Shown: in pieces, positions 55,353 through 64,000 of the stretch
How the letters are laid out: every line of letters begins with the position of its first letter
Position numbering within the stretch: position 1 is the stretch's first letter
Assembly: GCA_016795545.1 (NCBI GenBank)
Contig: JAEUGX010000106.1
Coordinates: 3,136-67,135, forward strand
DNA: 64,000 nt
Direction of reading: 5' to 3'
Source of the DNA: Opitutaceae bacterium
GTDB taxonomy: Bacteria; Verrucomicrobiota; Verrucomicrobiia; Opitutales; Opitutaceae
Position numbers and translations under genes: made by a program
The notes under the pieces: model-generated
The model's input: only the letters and a program-made list of their open reading frames with translations
Told to the model about the DNA's origin: nothing
The model's database searches: none

Positions 55353-56747
55353 ATGCCTTCCGTTTCCCGCACCGTCCTGCTCGCCGGCCTGCCGCCGGAG
55401 CCGGTCCTGGCGCCCCGGCGCGCGGCCGCCAAGCTCGTCGTGCTCGATGACGACCCGACCGGCACCCAGACCGTGCACGGCGTCCCCGTGCTTACCGCCT
55501 GGGACGTCCCGGCGCTCGCGGCCGAGCTGCAGGACCCGTCCCCCTGCTTTTACCTCCTGACCAATACGCGCGCCTTCCCCCCCGAGCGCGCCTGCGCCAT
55601 CAACCGCGAGATCGGCGCCGGCCTGGCCGAGGCCGGCCGGCGCACCGGTCGGGCCTTCACCGTCATCAGCCGCGGCGACTCGACCCTGCGCGGCCACTAT
55701 CCCGCGGAGACCGACGCCCTGATGGCGGCGCTCGGCGGGGGGTTCGACGGCACCATCCTCGTCCCGGCCTTCTTCGATGGCGGGCGCTGCACGGTCGGCG
55801 ACGTGCACTACGTGGCCGACGGCGACACGCTCACGCCCGCGGGCGAGACGGAGTTCGCCCGGGACGCGAGCTTCGGCTACCGGTCCTCGAACCTCCGCGA
55901 CTGGGTGGCGGAGAAGACCGCCGGCCGGGTGCCGGCGGCGGAGGTGGTCGGCGTGCCGCTGGACGAGCTGCGGCGCGGCGGGGCCGACCCCGTGGCCGCC
56001 CGGCTGGCCGCGCTGCCGCGCGGGGGCGTGGCCTTCGTCAACGCCGCCGGCCGCGGCGACCTGGCCGTGCTGACGCACGCACTCGCGGCGCCGGCCCTCG
56101 CCGGCCGGCGTTATCTCTTCCGCACCGCGGCGGACTTCGTCGCGGCCTACGCCGGCCTCGCCCGGCGGCCGCTGCTGGGCGGCGGGGATCTGGCCGGCCC
56201 CGACGCCGCCGTCGGCGGGCTGCTCGTGGCGGGATCCTACGTGGGCCGGACGTCGGCGCAGCTCGAGGCGCTCTTCGCGGCGCGGCCTGGCTTCGCCCGG
56301 GTCGAGGTGTCCGTCAACCGCCTGCTGGCGGCCTCCTCGCGCGCGGCCGAACTGGCCCGCTGCGTCGCGGCCGTCGAGGAACACCTGCGCGCCCGGACCG
56401 ACGTTGCGCTCTTCACCAGCCGCCGGCTCGTGACCGGCGCCGACGCCGCGGACAGCCTCGCGATCGGCAAGGCGGTCTCCTCCGGCCTGGTCGAGATCGT
56501 CCGCGCGCTGGCCGTGCGGCCGCGCTGGCTGGTGGCCAAGGGCGGCATCACTTCGAGCGACGTCGCCACCGCCTCGCTCGGCGTCCGCCGGGCCCTGGTG
56601 CTCGGGCAGGCCCTGCCGGGCGTGCCGGTCTGGCGGACGGGCCCGGAAAGCAAGTGGCCCGGCCTCGCCTATGTCGTGTTCCCGGGCAATGTCGGCAGCC
56701 CCTACGCGCTCGCCGACCTCGTCGGCAAGCTGCCGGGGGCCTCCTGA
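55353..56747 (+). CDS. DUF1537 / four-carbon acid-sugar kinase family protein (OtnK/DtnK/YgbK-like)
   Basis: Blocks are LVVLDDDPTGTQTVHGVPVLT, YLLTNTRAF and ISRGDSTLRGHYPAE. The C-terminal nucleotide-binding half reads LVAKGGITSSDVA. Confidence 0.78.
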   Translation: MPSVSRTVLLAGLPPEPVLAPRRAAAKLVVLDDDPTGTQTVHGVPVLTAWDVPALAAELQDPSPCFYLLTNTRAFPPERACAINREIGAGLAEAGRRTGRAFTVISRGDSTLRGHYPAETDALMAALGGGFDGTILVPAFFDGGRCTVGDVHYVADGDTLTPAGETEFARDASFGYRSSNLRDWVAEKTAGRVPAAEVVGVPLDELRRGGADPVAARLAALPRGGVAFVNAAGRGDLAVLTHALAAPALAGRRYLFRTAADFVAAYAGLARRPLLGGGDLAGPDAAVGGLLVAGSYVGRTSAQLEALFAARPGFARVEVSVNRLLAASSRAAELARCVAAVEEHLRARTDVALFTSRRLVTGADAADSLAIGKAVSSGLVEIVRALAVRPRWLVAKGGITSSDVATASLGVRRALVLGQALPGVPVWRTGPESKWPGLAYVVFPGNVGSPYALADLVGKLPGAS

Positions 56748-56845
56748 CGGCCGCCGCTGCGCATCGCGGTGCCCAGCGGCGCGCGGATAACGTTTGACGG
56801 CGGCGGGCGCCGTGAAATCCATTGGCGCCGCCGCGTCGCGCGACC

Positions 56846-57940
56846 ATGACGATACCCTCTCCCAACCCCGCGGATGCCGGGCCGCCGGAACGGACGACCT
56901 CCTACGAGCTGATCGCCCGGCGGGCGGGCGTGTCCCGCTCCACCGTGTCGCGCGTGCTGCGGAACGACCCCCGCATCTCGGAAGCCACGGCCCGGCGCGT
57001 GCGCGAGGCGGCGCAGCAGCTGGGCTACCGGCCGAATCCGCTGCTGTCGAACCTCATGGAGCGGATCCGCGCCGGCCGCGACATCACCTACCAGGGCGTG
57101 ATCGCGGTGGTGACCGAGGCGGCCGACGCGCCGCGCTGGTATCGCCCGGGCAGCGCGTGGGAGGGCATCCACGACGGCGCCCGGCAGCGCGCCGCCGAGC
57201 GCGGCTACCAGCTCGCGTATTTCTCCACGCGCGACTTCTCGCCCGACGGCCGGCGGCTGTCGCAGATCCTTCGCACTCGCGGCATCCATGGCGTCTACGT
57301 CACGCCCGGCTTCGCCGCCCGCCGGGTCAACCTCGACTGGCCCGCCTTCTCCGCGGCCACCACCGGCCACGGCCTGCTGGACCCGGCGCTGCACCGGGTT
57401 TGCTACTCCAACTACCACGGCATCCAGCTCGCCTGCCGCCGGCTGGCGGCGCTCGGCTACCGCCGACTCGGGCTGTACCTAGAGCAGCGGAACGACGAGG
57501 TCACCGACCGCCACTACGTCGCGGGCTTCCTGCTGCACCTCGAGGACGTGCCCCCGGCGCGGCGGATCCACCCCTGCCTGGTGCCGCAGTACACGCGCGA
57601 GGATTTCCTCGCCTGGTACCGGCGGCACCGGCCGGACGCGGTGATCAGCAGCGCCGACGCCGTGGTCGACTGGGCCCGCGCCGCGGGGCTGCGGTGTCCG
57701 GAGGACTTCGGCTTCGTCCACCTCGACTGCACGGCCGCGCAGGGGGAATTCGCCGGCATCGACCACCACGGCCGCCTGATCGGCCGCGCGGTGGTCGACC
57801 TCATCATCGCACAGATCCACCGCGGCGAGTCGGGCGTGCCGCGGCACGCGATGACCACGATCGTCGAGGGCGGCTGGATCGACGGCCCCTCCGTCCGCCC
57901 GCAGGGGCGGGCGGCGCCCCGCGTGCAACGCCGGGCATAA
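56846..57940 (+). CDS. LacI-family transcriptional regulator
   Basis: The HTH reads TSYELIARRAGVSRSTVSRVLRNDPRISEATARRVREAAQQLGYRPN. It has a periplasmic-binding-fold C-domain. I prefer ATG 56846. Confidence 0.88.
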   Translation: MTIPSPNPADAGPPERTTSYELIARRAGVSRSTVSRVLRNDPRISEATARRVREAAQQLGYRPNPLLSNLMERIRAGRDITYQGVIAVVTEAADAPRWYRPGSAWEGIHDGARQRAAERGYQLAYFSTRDFSPDGRRLSQILRTRGIHGVYVTPGFAARRVNLDWPAFSAATTGHGLLDPALHRVCYSNYHGIQLACRRLAALGYRRLGLYLEQRNDEVTDRHYVAGFLLHLEDVPPARRIHPCLVPQYTREDFLAWYRRHRPDAVISSADAVVDWARAAGLRCPEDFGFVHLDCTAAQGEFAGIDHHGRLIGRAVVDLIIAQIHRGESGVPRHAMTTIVEGGWIDGPSVRPQGRAAPRVQRRA

Positions 57941-57983
57941 TCCCGGGATTTTGGTCCGGCGGCGGGTGCGGCAGGGTGGCGGC

Positions 57984-59441
57984 ATGTCCACCGTTACCCC
58001 GCCCCGCACCGTGTTCGTCCCTGGCGCCAGCCTGCCCGTGCTGGCCGATGTCGACGTGGCCGTCGTCGGCGCCGGCACCGCCGGCTTCGTCGCCGCGATC
58101 GGCGCCGCCCGGGCCGGCGCGCGCACCGTCCTGGTCGAGCGCAACGGCTTCGTGGGCGGGGCCAACACCGCCACCTACAACACCGGCCCCGGCTGGACCG
58201 GCGACTCGGAGTGCAACCAGATCATCGGCGGGCCGGGCTGGGAGTTCCTCGAGCGCATGGAGCGCGAGGGCCACGCCATCATCAACCGGAAGACCAAGCG
58301 CACGCAGATCTTCCCCGAGGCGACGAAGATCGTGGCGCTCGAGATGGTCATGGAGGCCGGCGTCCAGCTCTACCTCCACTGCTGGGCGGGCGACGTGCTG
58401 GTGGAGCAGGGCACGATTCGCGGCCTGGTGGTGCAGGGCAAGTCGGGCCGGCAGGTGATCCTGGCCCGGACCTTCGTCGATTGCAGCGCCGACGGCGACG
58501 TCGCCGCCGGGGCCGGCGCGGAATGGGAGCGGCTCGAGCCCGCGGACCCGAAGAACTGGGAGGTCTCGGTGGATCTGACCGTCTGCAACATCGACGCCCC
58601 CCGCGTCCTGCGCTGGGCCCGCGCCAACCGCCACCGGCTCTCCGACGGCGGGAAGACCGTGCCGGAAGACGACGACTGCACGGGCCTGAAGCTGGGGGTG
58701 GCCATCAACCTGGCGAACGAGCAGACCGTGCCGGCGTCGGTGAAGAAGTTCGGCCGCATCGGCCGCGAGCTCCGCGGCCACGCCCACGTCGGCACCCAGC
58801 CCACGCTCAAGCTCCTCATCCGCCGCAGCGTCAGCCGGGTGCAGGGCAACGTCGTGATCGACCCGACCGACGTCGGGCAGCTGACCACGGCCGAGGTCGA
58901 GGGCCGGCGCAAGGCGTACCGGCACCTCGAGTACCTCAAGCGGACGATCGACGGCATGCAGGACGCGTTCATCGTCGCCCAGAACCCGCTGGGCGTGCGG
59001 GTCGCGCGGCGCGTGCGGGGCGAGTACCGCATCACGATCGACGACCTGGTCGAGAACACGCGCCAGCCCGACGTCGTGTCGCTCAACGCCCGCTCGATCG
59101 ACAAACACATGCCGGGTGAGCGCTTCGAGATCCATTTCCTCGAGGGGAACCACGATGTGCCGTACCGCGCCCTGGTGCCGCTGGGCGTCGCGAACCTGCT
59201 CGTGGCCGGGCGCTGCCTCTCGTGCGACCACGAGTCGCACGCGTCGCTGCGCGGCGCGGCCACCTGCTGGGGCACCGGCCACGCCGCCGGCGTCGCCGCC
59301 GCCCTGGCGGCGCGCGGCGACGGCCGCACGCGGGGCGTCGGCATCCGCGCGCTCCAGCAGGCGCTGCTCGCCCAGGGCGCGATCCTCTCGACCGCCGGGC
59401 GCCGCTTCGACGACGAGGTGACGCTCGCCTGGCGGAAGTAG
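57984..59441 (+). CDS. FAD-dependent oxidoreductase (FAD_oxidored / GidA-like family common next to glycan-utilisation genes)
   Basis: The FAD motif is DVAVVGAGTAGFVAAIGAARAGARTVLVERNGFVGG. The C-terminus reads GRCLSCDHESHASLRG. The start is ATG 57984. Confidence 0.72.
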   Translation: MSTVTPPRTVFVPGASLPVLADVDVAVVGAGTAGFVAAIGAARAGARTVLVERNGFVGGANTATYNTGPGWTGDSECNQIIGGPGWEFLERMEREGHAIINRKTKRTQIFPEATKIVALEMVMEAGVQLYLHCWAGDVLVEQGTIRGLVVQGKSGRQVILARTFVDCSADGDVAAGAGAEWERLEPADPKNWEVSVDLTVCNIDAPRVLRWARANRHRLSDGGKTVPEDDDCTGLKLGVAINLANEQTVPASVKKFGRIGRELRGHAHVGTQPTLKLLIRRSVSRVQGNVVIDPTDVGQLTTAEVEGRRKAYRHLEYLKRTIDGMQDAFIVAQNPLGVRVARRVRGEYRITIDDLVENTRQPDVVSLNARSIDKHMPGERFEIHFLEGNHDVPYRALVPLGVANLLVAGRCLSCDHESHASLRGAATCWGTGHAAGVAAALAARGDGRTRGVGIRALQQALLAQGAILSTAGRRFDDEVTLAWRK

Positions 59442-59447
59442 CGGCCG

Positions 59448-60350
59448 TCAGCCGAGGCCCGCGGCCAGGCCCTGCGCATAGCGGCAGAGCTCGCCGATCA
59501 GCCGGCGCTCGACCTCGTCGGGCTCGGCGTTGGCGGCGCGGTGGCGGGTGGTGGTGAAAATGCCCTCGGCCTGCAGCACCGCCTTGTTGAGGTGCTTCTG
59601 GATGCGCTGGTGCGTGGCGGCGAACGACAGGCAGGGCACCAGCCGCCGGTACAGGTCGGCCGCGGCCGCGCGCTGTCCGGCGCGGTGCAGCTGCCAGACG
59701 CGCGCGTAGATCCCGGGGTAGAGGGTGGGCATGTACGCGTCGGCCCCGCGGTCGAGCAGCTCGAGCAGGTCGGGCCCCGCCGTGCCGATCCGCAGGCCGG
59801 GCCCGGCGGCGTCGCGGATGGCCGAGATCTTCCGGCAGCGGTCGCCGGTCTCCACCTTGGCCCACGTGAAGCAGGGGATCTCCCGGTGCAGGCGGACGAG
59901 CAGCGACACCGGCAGCGCCGTGCTGCCGCGGTCGAGGTCCTGCACCATGAGGCAGCCGGGATTGAGCGCGCCCACGGCGTGGATCGCGGCCGCGTAGTCG
60001 GATTCGTTGTCGTAGGGGACGTAGACCAGCACGCCCTGGCAGCCGAGCTCCAGGTAGCGCCGCGCCAGCCGCAGCCGGGCGGCGGGGTCCGGGTCGGTCG
60101 CGCCGCCGATCAGCGGGACGCGGCCGCCGATCTCGTCGAGCATCGTGGTCACCACGAGCTCGCGCTCGTCCGGGGCGAGCGACTCGACCTCGCCGGCGTT
60201 CGCCGGCGCGAGGAAGCCGGCGGCGCCGTGCTGGAGCGCCGCGCGCACGTAGCGCCGGAGCGAGGCGGGGTCGACGCGGTTGTCCGCCGTGAACGGCGTC
60301 GCGGGCACCATGATGATGCCATCAAGGGAGGTGAGGGTCGGAGTGGACAT
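59448..60350 (-). CDS. DHDPS/N-acetylneuraminate-lyase-family (DapA-like) protein
   Basis: ATG 60350 lies inside track ORF 59448..60830. Blocks are VPATPFTADNRVD and ANAGEVESL. A candidate lysine lies in TWAKVETG. The protein is 300 aa. Confidence 0.68.
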   Translation of the reverse strand: MSTPTLTSLDGIIMVPATPFTADNRVDPASLRRYVRAALQHGAAGFLAPANAGEVESLAPDERELVVTTMLDEIGGRVPLIGGATDPDPAARLRLARRYLELGCQGVLVYVPYDNESDYAAAIHAVGALNPGCLMVQDLDRGSTALPVSLLVRLHREIPCFTWAKVETGDRCRKISAIRDAAGPGLRIGTAGPDLLELLDRGADAYMPTLYPGIYARVWQLHRAGQRAAAADLYRRLVPCLSFAATHQRIQKHLNKAVLQAEGIFTTTRHRAANAEPDEVERRLIGELCRYAQGLAAGLG

Positions 60351-60384
60351 GCAGAAGGCGGGGGAGCGGCGGGGCCGACGCGGC

Positions 60385-61407
60385 CTAGCGGTTGCGGTCG
60401 AGCTGGCGCCGGACGAACGCCTCGCCCTCGCGCAGGCCGGCCGCGACCACGGCGGGATCGGCGCCCGCGTAGCCGTGCTCGCCGCCCGGGATGCCGACGA
60501 GCCGGTGCTCGACCCCGTGGCGCGCCAGCTCGGCCGCCATCTGCTCGGCGACGGCGTAGGGGATGTCGGTGTCCTCCCGCCCGTGCAGGATGAAGGTCGG
60601 CGGGTAGTCGGCGGTGACCTGCCGGACCGGCAGGTACGGCAGGAATTTCTCCGCCTCGGTGACGGGGTCCCAGCCCGTGATGGCGCGGGGCCACTCGCCG
60701 TGGCGGCGCACGTAGCCGTTGAACACGCTGATGTCGCCGGCACGGTCCCGGGAATTGGCGATCGGCGGCCCGGCGACCACGCGCCAGGCCTCCTCGCGGG
60801 TGGTCGCCGGGTGCCGGTGATGGTCGGCATGCCGGCTGGGCTCGGTCTGCCACCGGCCGACGATGTCGGCGTACCCGAACTCGACGAGCAGGACCCGGGG
60901 CCGCGGGGTCACCCGGAACCCGGTGAGGAAAGCGAGGTAGCCGCCGGCGGAGCTGCCCCAGGCGGCGACGCGCCCGGGATCGGCGGCGAAGAGCTCCGGT
61001 CCGCGCTCCCGCACCCAGCGGAAGGCGTCTTCGACGTCCGCCACCAGCCCGGGCAGCCGGGTCTCCGGGGCGAGCCGGTAGTCGACCGAGACCACGGCGT
61101 AGCCCGCCGCCAGGAATCGCTCCGCCAGGTCCTCCCGGCGGTCCAGTTTCTGGCGTCCGCCGCCGACGAGCGACCCGCCGTGCAGGTACACCACCACGGG
61201 CCGCGGCCGCGGCCCGGTGGCCGGGGCGTAGACGTCCGCCTTGATCTCCAGGGCGTCGACCCGCTTGTACACGTGGGTGACCGGCTCCGGCAGCCCGGCG
61301 CCGGCGGTCGCCGCGCCCAGCACCGCCAGCGCGGCGAGAAGCCGGCGGGCCGCCGCGGTGCGGGGGGCGGCGGGATCGGGGGACGGCGGCGGGAAGGCGC
61401 GGGCCAT
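60385..61407 (-). CDS. Secreted alpha/beta-hydrolase (esterase/lipase, HGG type)
   Basis: It has a signal peptide from ATG 61407. The oxyanion motif is YLHGGSLVGG. The nucleophile elbow is GSSAGGYLA. Another block is ILHGREDTDIP. Confidence 0.8.
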   Translation of the reverse strand: MARAFPPPSPDPAAPRTAAARRLLAALAVLGAATAGAGLPEPVTHVYKRVDALEIKADVYAPATGPRPRPVVVYLHGGSLVGGGRQKLDRREDLAERFLAAGYAVVSVDYRLAPETRLPGLVADVEDAFRWVRERGPELFAADPGRVAAWGSSAGGYLAFLTGFRVTPRPRVLLVEFGYADIVGRWQTEPSRHADHHRHPATTREEAWRVVAGPPIANSRDRAGDISVFNGYVRRHGEWPRAITGWDPVTEAEKFLPYLPVRQVTADYPPTFILHGREDTDIPYAVAEQMAAELARHGVEHRLVGIPGGEHGYAGADPAVVAAGLREGEAFVRRQLDRNR

Positions 61408-61563
61408 GGGCGGAAGCAGGAAAAGGAGGGTGCGCTCCGGCCGCGGCAACCTCGAACCGCGGCGACCAGGCCGGCGCGCGTGGATTCACGCCGGCCGCGG
61501 GCGCCAGGGCGAACGCCGGGGCGGGCACACCGTTGCACGGGACGGCCCGTCGGCGGCCCGCCG

Positions 61564-63435
61564 CTACCGCTTCGCCGGCGCGGGGTCGGCCGCCGCGACG
61601 CTCTCGGCGTACAGCAGCTCGCCCGTGGTGGCGCGGTAGAACTGGACGACGACCTGCGGCCGCGGGAAGGCGAGGTGCCGCCGGCCCGCCTCGGGTCCGG
61701 GGCTGGGAAACACGTTGTTCACCTGCACCACGGTGTACACGGGGTTGTACCGCGGGGCGGCCGCGTCGCTGGGCACGTAGGTCGACCACCGGATGTCGAG
61801 GTCCTGGTCCAGCCAGCGGAAGGGCCCGCTGGGCGGCGGGTCGCCAGCGTCGCTGCTGAAGGTGGAGTTGGAGTTCATCGGGGCCGAGAGGAACTCCCAC
61901 AGCCGGTCGCCGAGGCGGATCGCGTACGCGTTGTGCAGGTCGCCGGTGAGCAGCAGGACCGGCTTGCCGAGCGACTGCCAGAAATCGAGCAGTTCCCGGC
62001 GCTCGGCGCCGGCGGCGGACCAGGAGTCGTTCTCGTTCGCCTGCTCGGCCGTCTTCGCCCGCGGCTCCAGGTGCGGGAGCGAGACCGAGACCGACGAGAC
62101 GACGAAGAGGAAGTCGGCGTCGCTGCGCCGCATGCGCTCCTTGAGCCAGGCCTTCTGCCGCGCGCCGAGGAACTCGACGCCGGGGGCGAACGGCTGCTTG
62201 CTGTCGTGCAGTTGCCGGTAGCTGCGCGTGTCGACGAGGAAGAACTCGCAGTTCGACACGCGGAAGCTGGTGTAGTGGGGCCGGCCGATGGAGTACGCCA
62301 CCTCACCCGTGGCCCGGGCGGCGGGCGCGAGGCGGAGCCGGTGGGCGTCGAGCACCTCGCGGATGGCGTAGACCCCGGCGTTGGGGTCGCCGCCGACGTC
62401 GTCGTACTTGTCCTCGTTGATGCCCGCGTTCGGGTCGTTCCACAGCACCATCAGGTTGTCCGCGCGGGCCGGGTCGAGCCCGGCCAGGCGTCCGGACGGG
62501 TCGTGGAGGATGTCGCTGCCCGCCTCCAGCCGGCCGTGGCCGAACACGATCTCGTCGTCGTGCCAGCGCGGATTGCTCCAGCCGAGGTAGTCGGCCCAGC
62601 CCCGAATGCCGATGTCGCGGAACACGGCGCGCCGGTTGCGGAAGCCGATGTTGCCCGTGCCGGTGACGTCGCCCAGCAGCTCGTGGTCGTCGAAGAGGAA
62701 ATACGACGGCGTGTGCCGGTGCCACTCGCGCAGGTTGGCGGAGCGCTCGAGGTAGAGCTTGTAGTTCTCCCAGACCCCGGCGATGGCCGGGGCGACCTGC
62801 ACGACCTCGGGTGCGTCGGCGGGCGCGAGCCCCTGGGCCTCGAGCCAGGCGGCGGCGGGATACTCGCGCCTCTCCTCGTAGATCCAGTCGCCGTTCTGGA
62901 TGCCGAACGCGATCTGGCCGGCATGCCGGTCGAGCAGCTGGCGGAAGGCCGGCATCGTCGTCGCCGTGCCCCGGAGCTGGTTGCTGCACGCGCCGATCTC
63001 GAACCGGAAATTGAACAGGCCGCGGGGGTTGTGCCGGGCGTCGCGGTAGGTCTCGGCATCGGGCAGCGTCCGGAACGTGCCCCCCGACTCCTCGTCGGGC
63101 CGCGGACTGTGGGGCGCCTGGATGCGGTAGTGGTAGAGGGTGTCGGGCTGCAGGCCGGTCAGCTCGACCCAGCCCGTGTTGTCGTGCGCGCGCTCCGTGG
63201 CGCCCAGGGCGGACAGCTGGTCCAGCCGCGCCGGATCGGTGCCGTAGCGCACGCGGATCTTCGCCGGCGCGGAAGTCCGCATCCAGACCCCGACGCTGGT
63301 GGCGGTGAGCCGCCCGAGGATCGGGCCGTGGGTGACGTAGGCGGGCGCGTCGGGCGCCACCGCGTAGTCGGCGGCGGATAAGGCGAGGACGGGGACGGCG
63401 AGCAGCAGGGCGGCGGCCAGGCGGAGCGGGGTCAT
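61564..63435 (-). CDS. PhoD-like metallophosphoesterase / alkaline phosphatase D family, secreted
   Basis: It has a signal peptide. The N-terminal domain is FN3-like (VGVWMRTSAPAKIRVRYG...LQPDTLYHYRI). Other blocks are NGDWIYEE, FLFDDHELLGD and LLLTGDLHNAYA. Confidence 0.78.
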   Translation of the reverse strand: MTPLRLAAALLLAVPVLALSAADYAVAPDAPAYVTHGPILGRLTATSVGVWMRTSAPAKIRVRYGTDPARLDQLSALGATERAHDNTGWVELTGLQPDTLYHYRIQAPHSPRPDEESGGTFRTLPDAETYRDARHNPRGLFNFRFEIGACSNQLRGTATTMPAFRQLLDRHAGQIAFGIQNGDWIYEERREYPAAAWLEAQGLAPADAPEVVQVAPAIAGVWENYKLYLERSANLREWHRHTPSYFLFDDHELLGDVTGTGNIGFRNRRAVFRDIGIRGWADYLGWSNPRWHDDEIVFGHGRLEAGSDILHDPSGRLAGLDPARADNLMVLWNDPNAGINEDKYDDVGGDPNAGVYAIREVLDAHRLRLAPAARATGEVAYSIGRPHYTSFRVSNCEFFLVDTRSYRQLHDSKQPFAPGVEFLGARQKAWLKERMRRSDADFLFVVSSVSVSLPHLEPRAKTAEQANENDSWSAAGAERRELLDFWQSLGKPVLLLTGDLHNAYAIRLGDRLWEFLSAPMNSNSTFSSDAGDPPPSGPFRWLDQDLDIRWSTYVPSDAAAPRYNPVYTVVQVNNVFPSPGPEAGRRHLAFPRPQVVVQFYRATTGELLYAESVAAADPAPAKR

Positions 63436-63606
63436 GCGCGCAGGCTAAGCGGGGGGCGGGGGGCGCCGAAAGCGCGCGGACTGGCACCCGTTGCGCAGGG
63501 TTGCCCCTGCCGGAACCGGACCCGGCGCCGATCTCGCTTGGCGGCAAGCGGAGCACCGGTTTCCCGTGAGTTCAGCCCCGCCTCCGCCACGCCGTGGGCT
63601 GGGGGG

Positions 63607-64000
63607 TCAGCCGGCGTCCCCCGCGTCGGCGCCGGCGAACTGCCGGTACAGCTCGGCGTAGACGCCGCCGCGGGCTAGGAGCTCGGCGTGGGCGCCGCGC
63701 TCGACGATGGCGCCATGGTCGAGGACGAGGATCTGGTCGGCGCGGGTGACGGTGCTGAGCCGGTGGGCGACGACGAAGCTGGTGCGGCCGTCCAGCAGGG
63801 TCGCCAGCGCCTTCTGCAGGCGGGCCTCGGTCATGGCGTCGATCGCGCTGGTGGCCTCGTCGAGCACCAGGATCCGGGGCCGGGCGAGCAGGGCGCGGGC
63901 GAAGCAGACAAGCTGGCGCTGGCCGAGGGAAAGGCTGGCGCCGCGCTCGCCGACGGCGGTGGCGAAGCCCGCGGGCAGCGCCGCGAACACGTCGCGGCAG
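63607..64000 (-). CDS. ABC transporter ATP-binding domain, C-terminal part (gene continues beyond window)
   Basis: The ABC signature and Walker B read [32 protein letters not shown]. The H-loop reads VVAHRLST. This is typical of an MsbA-type exporter C-terminus. Confidence 0.85.
   Translation of the reverse strand, partial: CRDVFAALPAGFATAVGERGASLSLGQRQLVCFARALLARPRILVLDEATSAIDAMTEARLQKALATLLDGRTSFVVAHRLSTVTRADQILVLDHGAIVERGAHAELLARGGVYAELYRQFAGADAGDAG

Overview
This is a 64-kb, very GC-rich bacterial chromosomal segment (roughly 68-70% GC by eye, with strong GC3 bias). The gene content looks like a polysaccharide- and organic-acid-degrading PVC/Verrucomicrobiota-type organism, but that is only a guess. 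The relevant content is a FliW-CsrA flagellar module, a TonB-dependent receptor, Asp-box propellers, a PAL-like NHL protein and many sugar-acid enzymes.

Layout:
(i) 1-9.05 kb holds a late flagellar cluster: flgF, a gap, then flgG-flgA-flgH-flgI, a rod-binding-only flgJ, a flgN-like gene, flgK-flgL-fliW-csrA and flagellin.
(ii) 9.1-12.8 kb holds a convergent 1213-aa hybrid PAS histidine kinase.
(iii) 13.3-63.4 kb holds about 45 tightly packed catabolic genes in roughly 10 transcription units, with four local regulators (IclR, GntR, AraC, LacI).
- These include an oxidative sugar/sugar-acid module and a PLP/aldolase module.
- There is a 13.4-kb TonB-receptor operon carrying three tandem Asp-box beta-propeller paralogs, a DAO-type flavoenzyme, a NagA-like gene, an MFS gene, a PAL-like NHL lyase and an unknown 605-aa protein.
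- There is an 8-kb AraC-linked operon of class-V PLP enzyme, HyuA, HyuB, MSOX-like oxidase, hydantoin-type racemase and P450.
- A PhoD-like phosphatase and a partial ABC exporter close the window.

I found no rRNA or tRNA genes, CRISPR arrays, transposases, integrases, phage genes or recognisable defence or toxin-antitoxin genes. Many very long ORFs in the six-frame track are alternative-frame or antisense artefacts of GC richness. Several true genes occupy only the 3' part of a longer track ORF.

The best candidates for undescribed biology are the TonB-receptor / Asp-box-propeller / flavoenzyme / PAL-like operon and the hyuAB-racemase-oxidase-P450 operon. A third is a window-wide replacement of Shine-Dalgarno sequences by C/T-rich, CCTCC-like leaders, which sits oddly with a FliW-CsrA-flagellin module. 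All functional calls rest on motif recognition by eye. No database search was possible.
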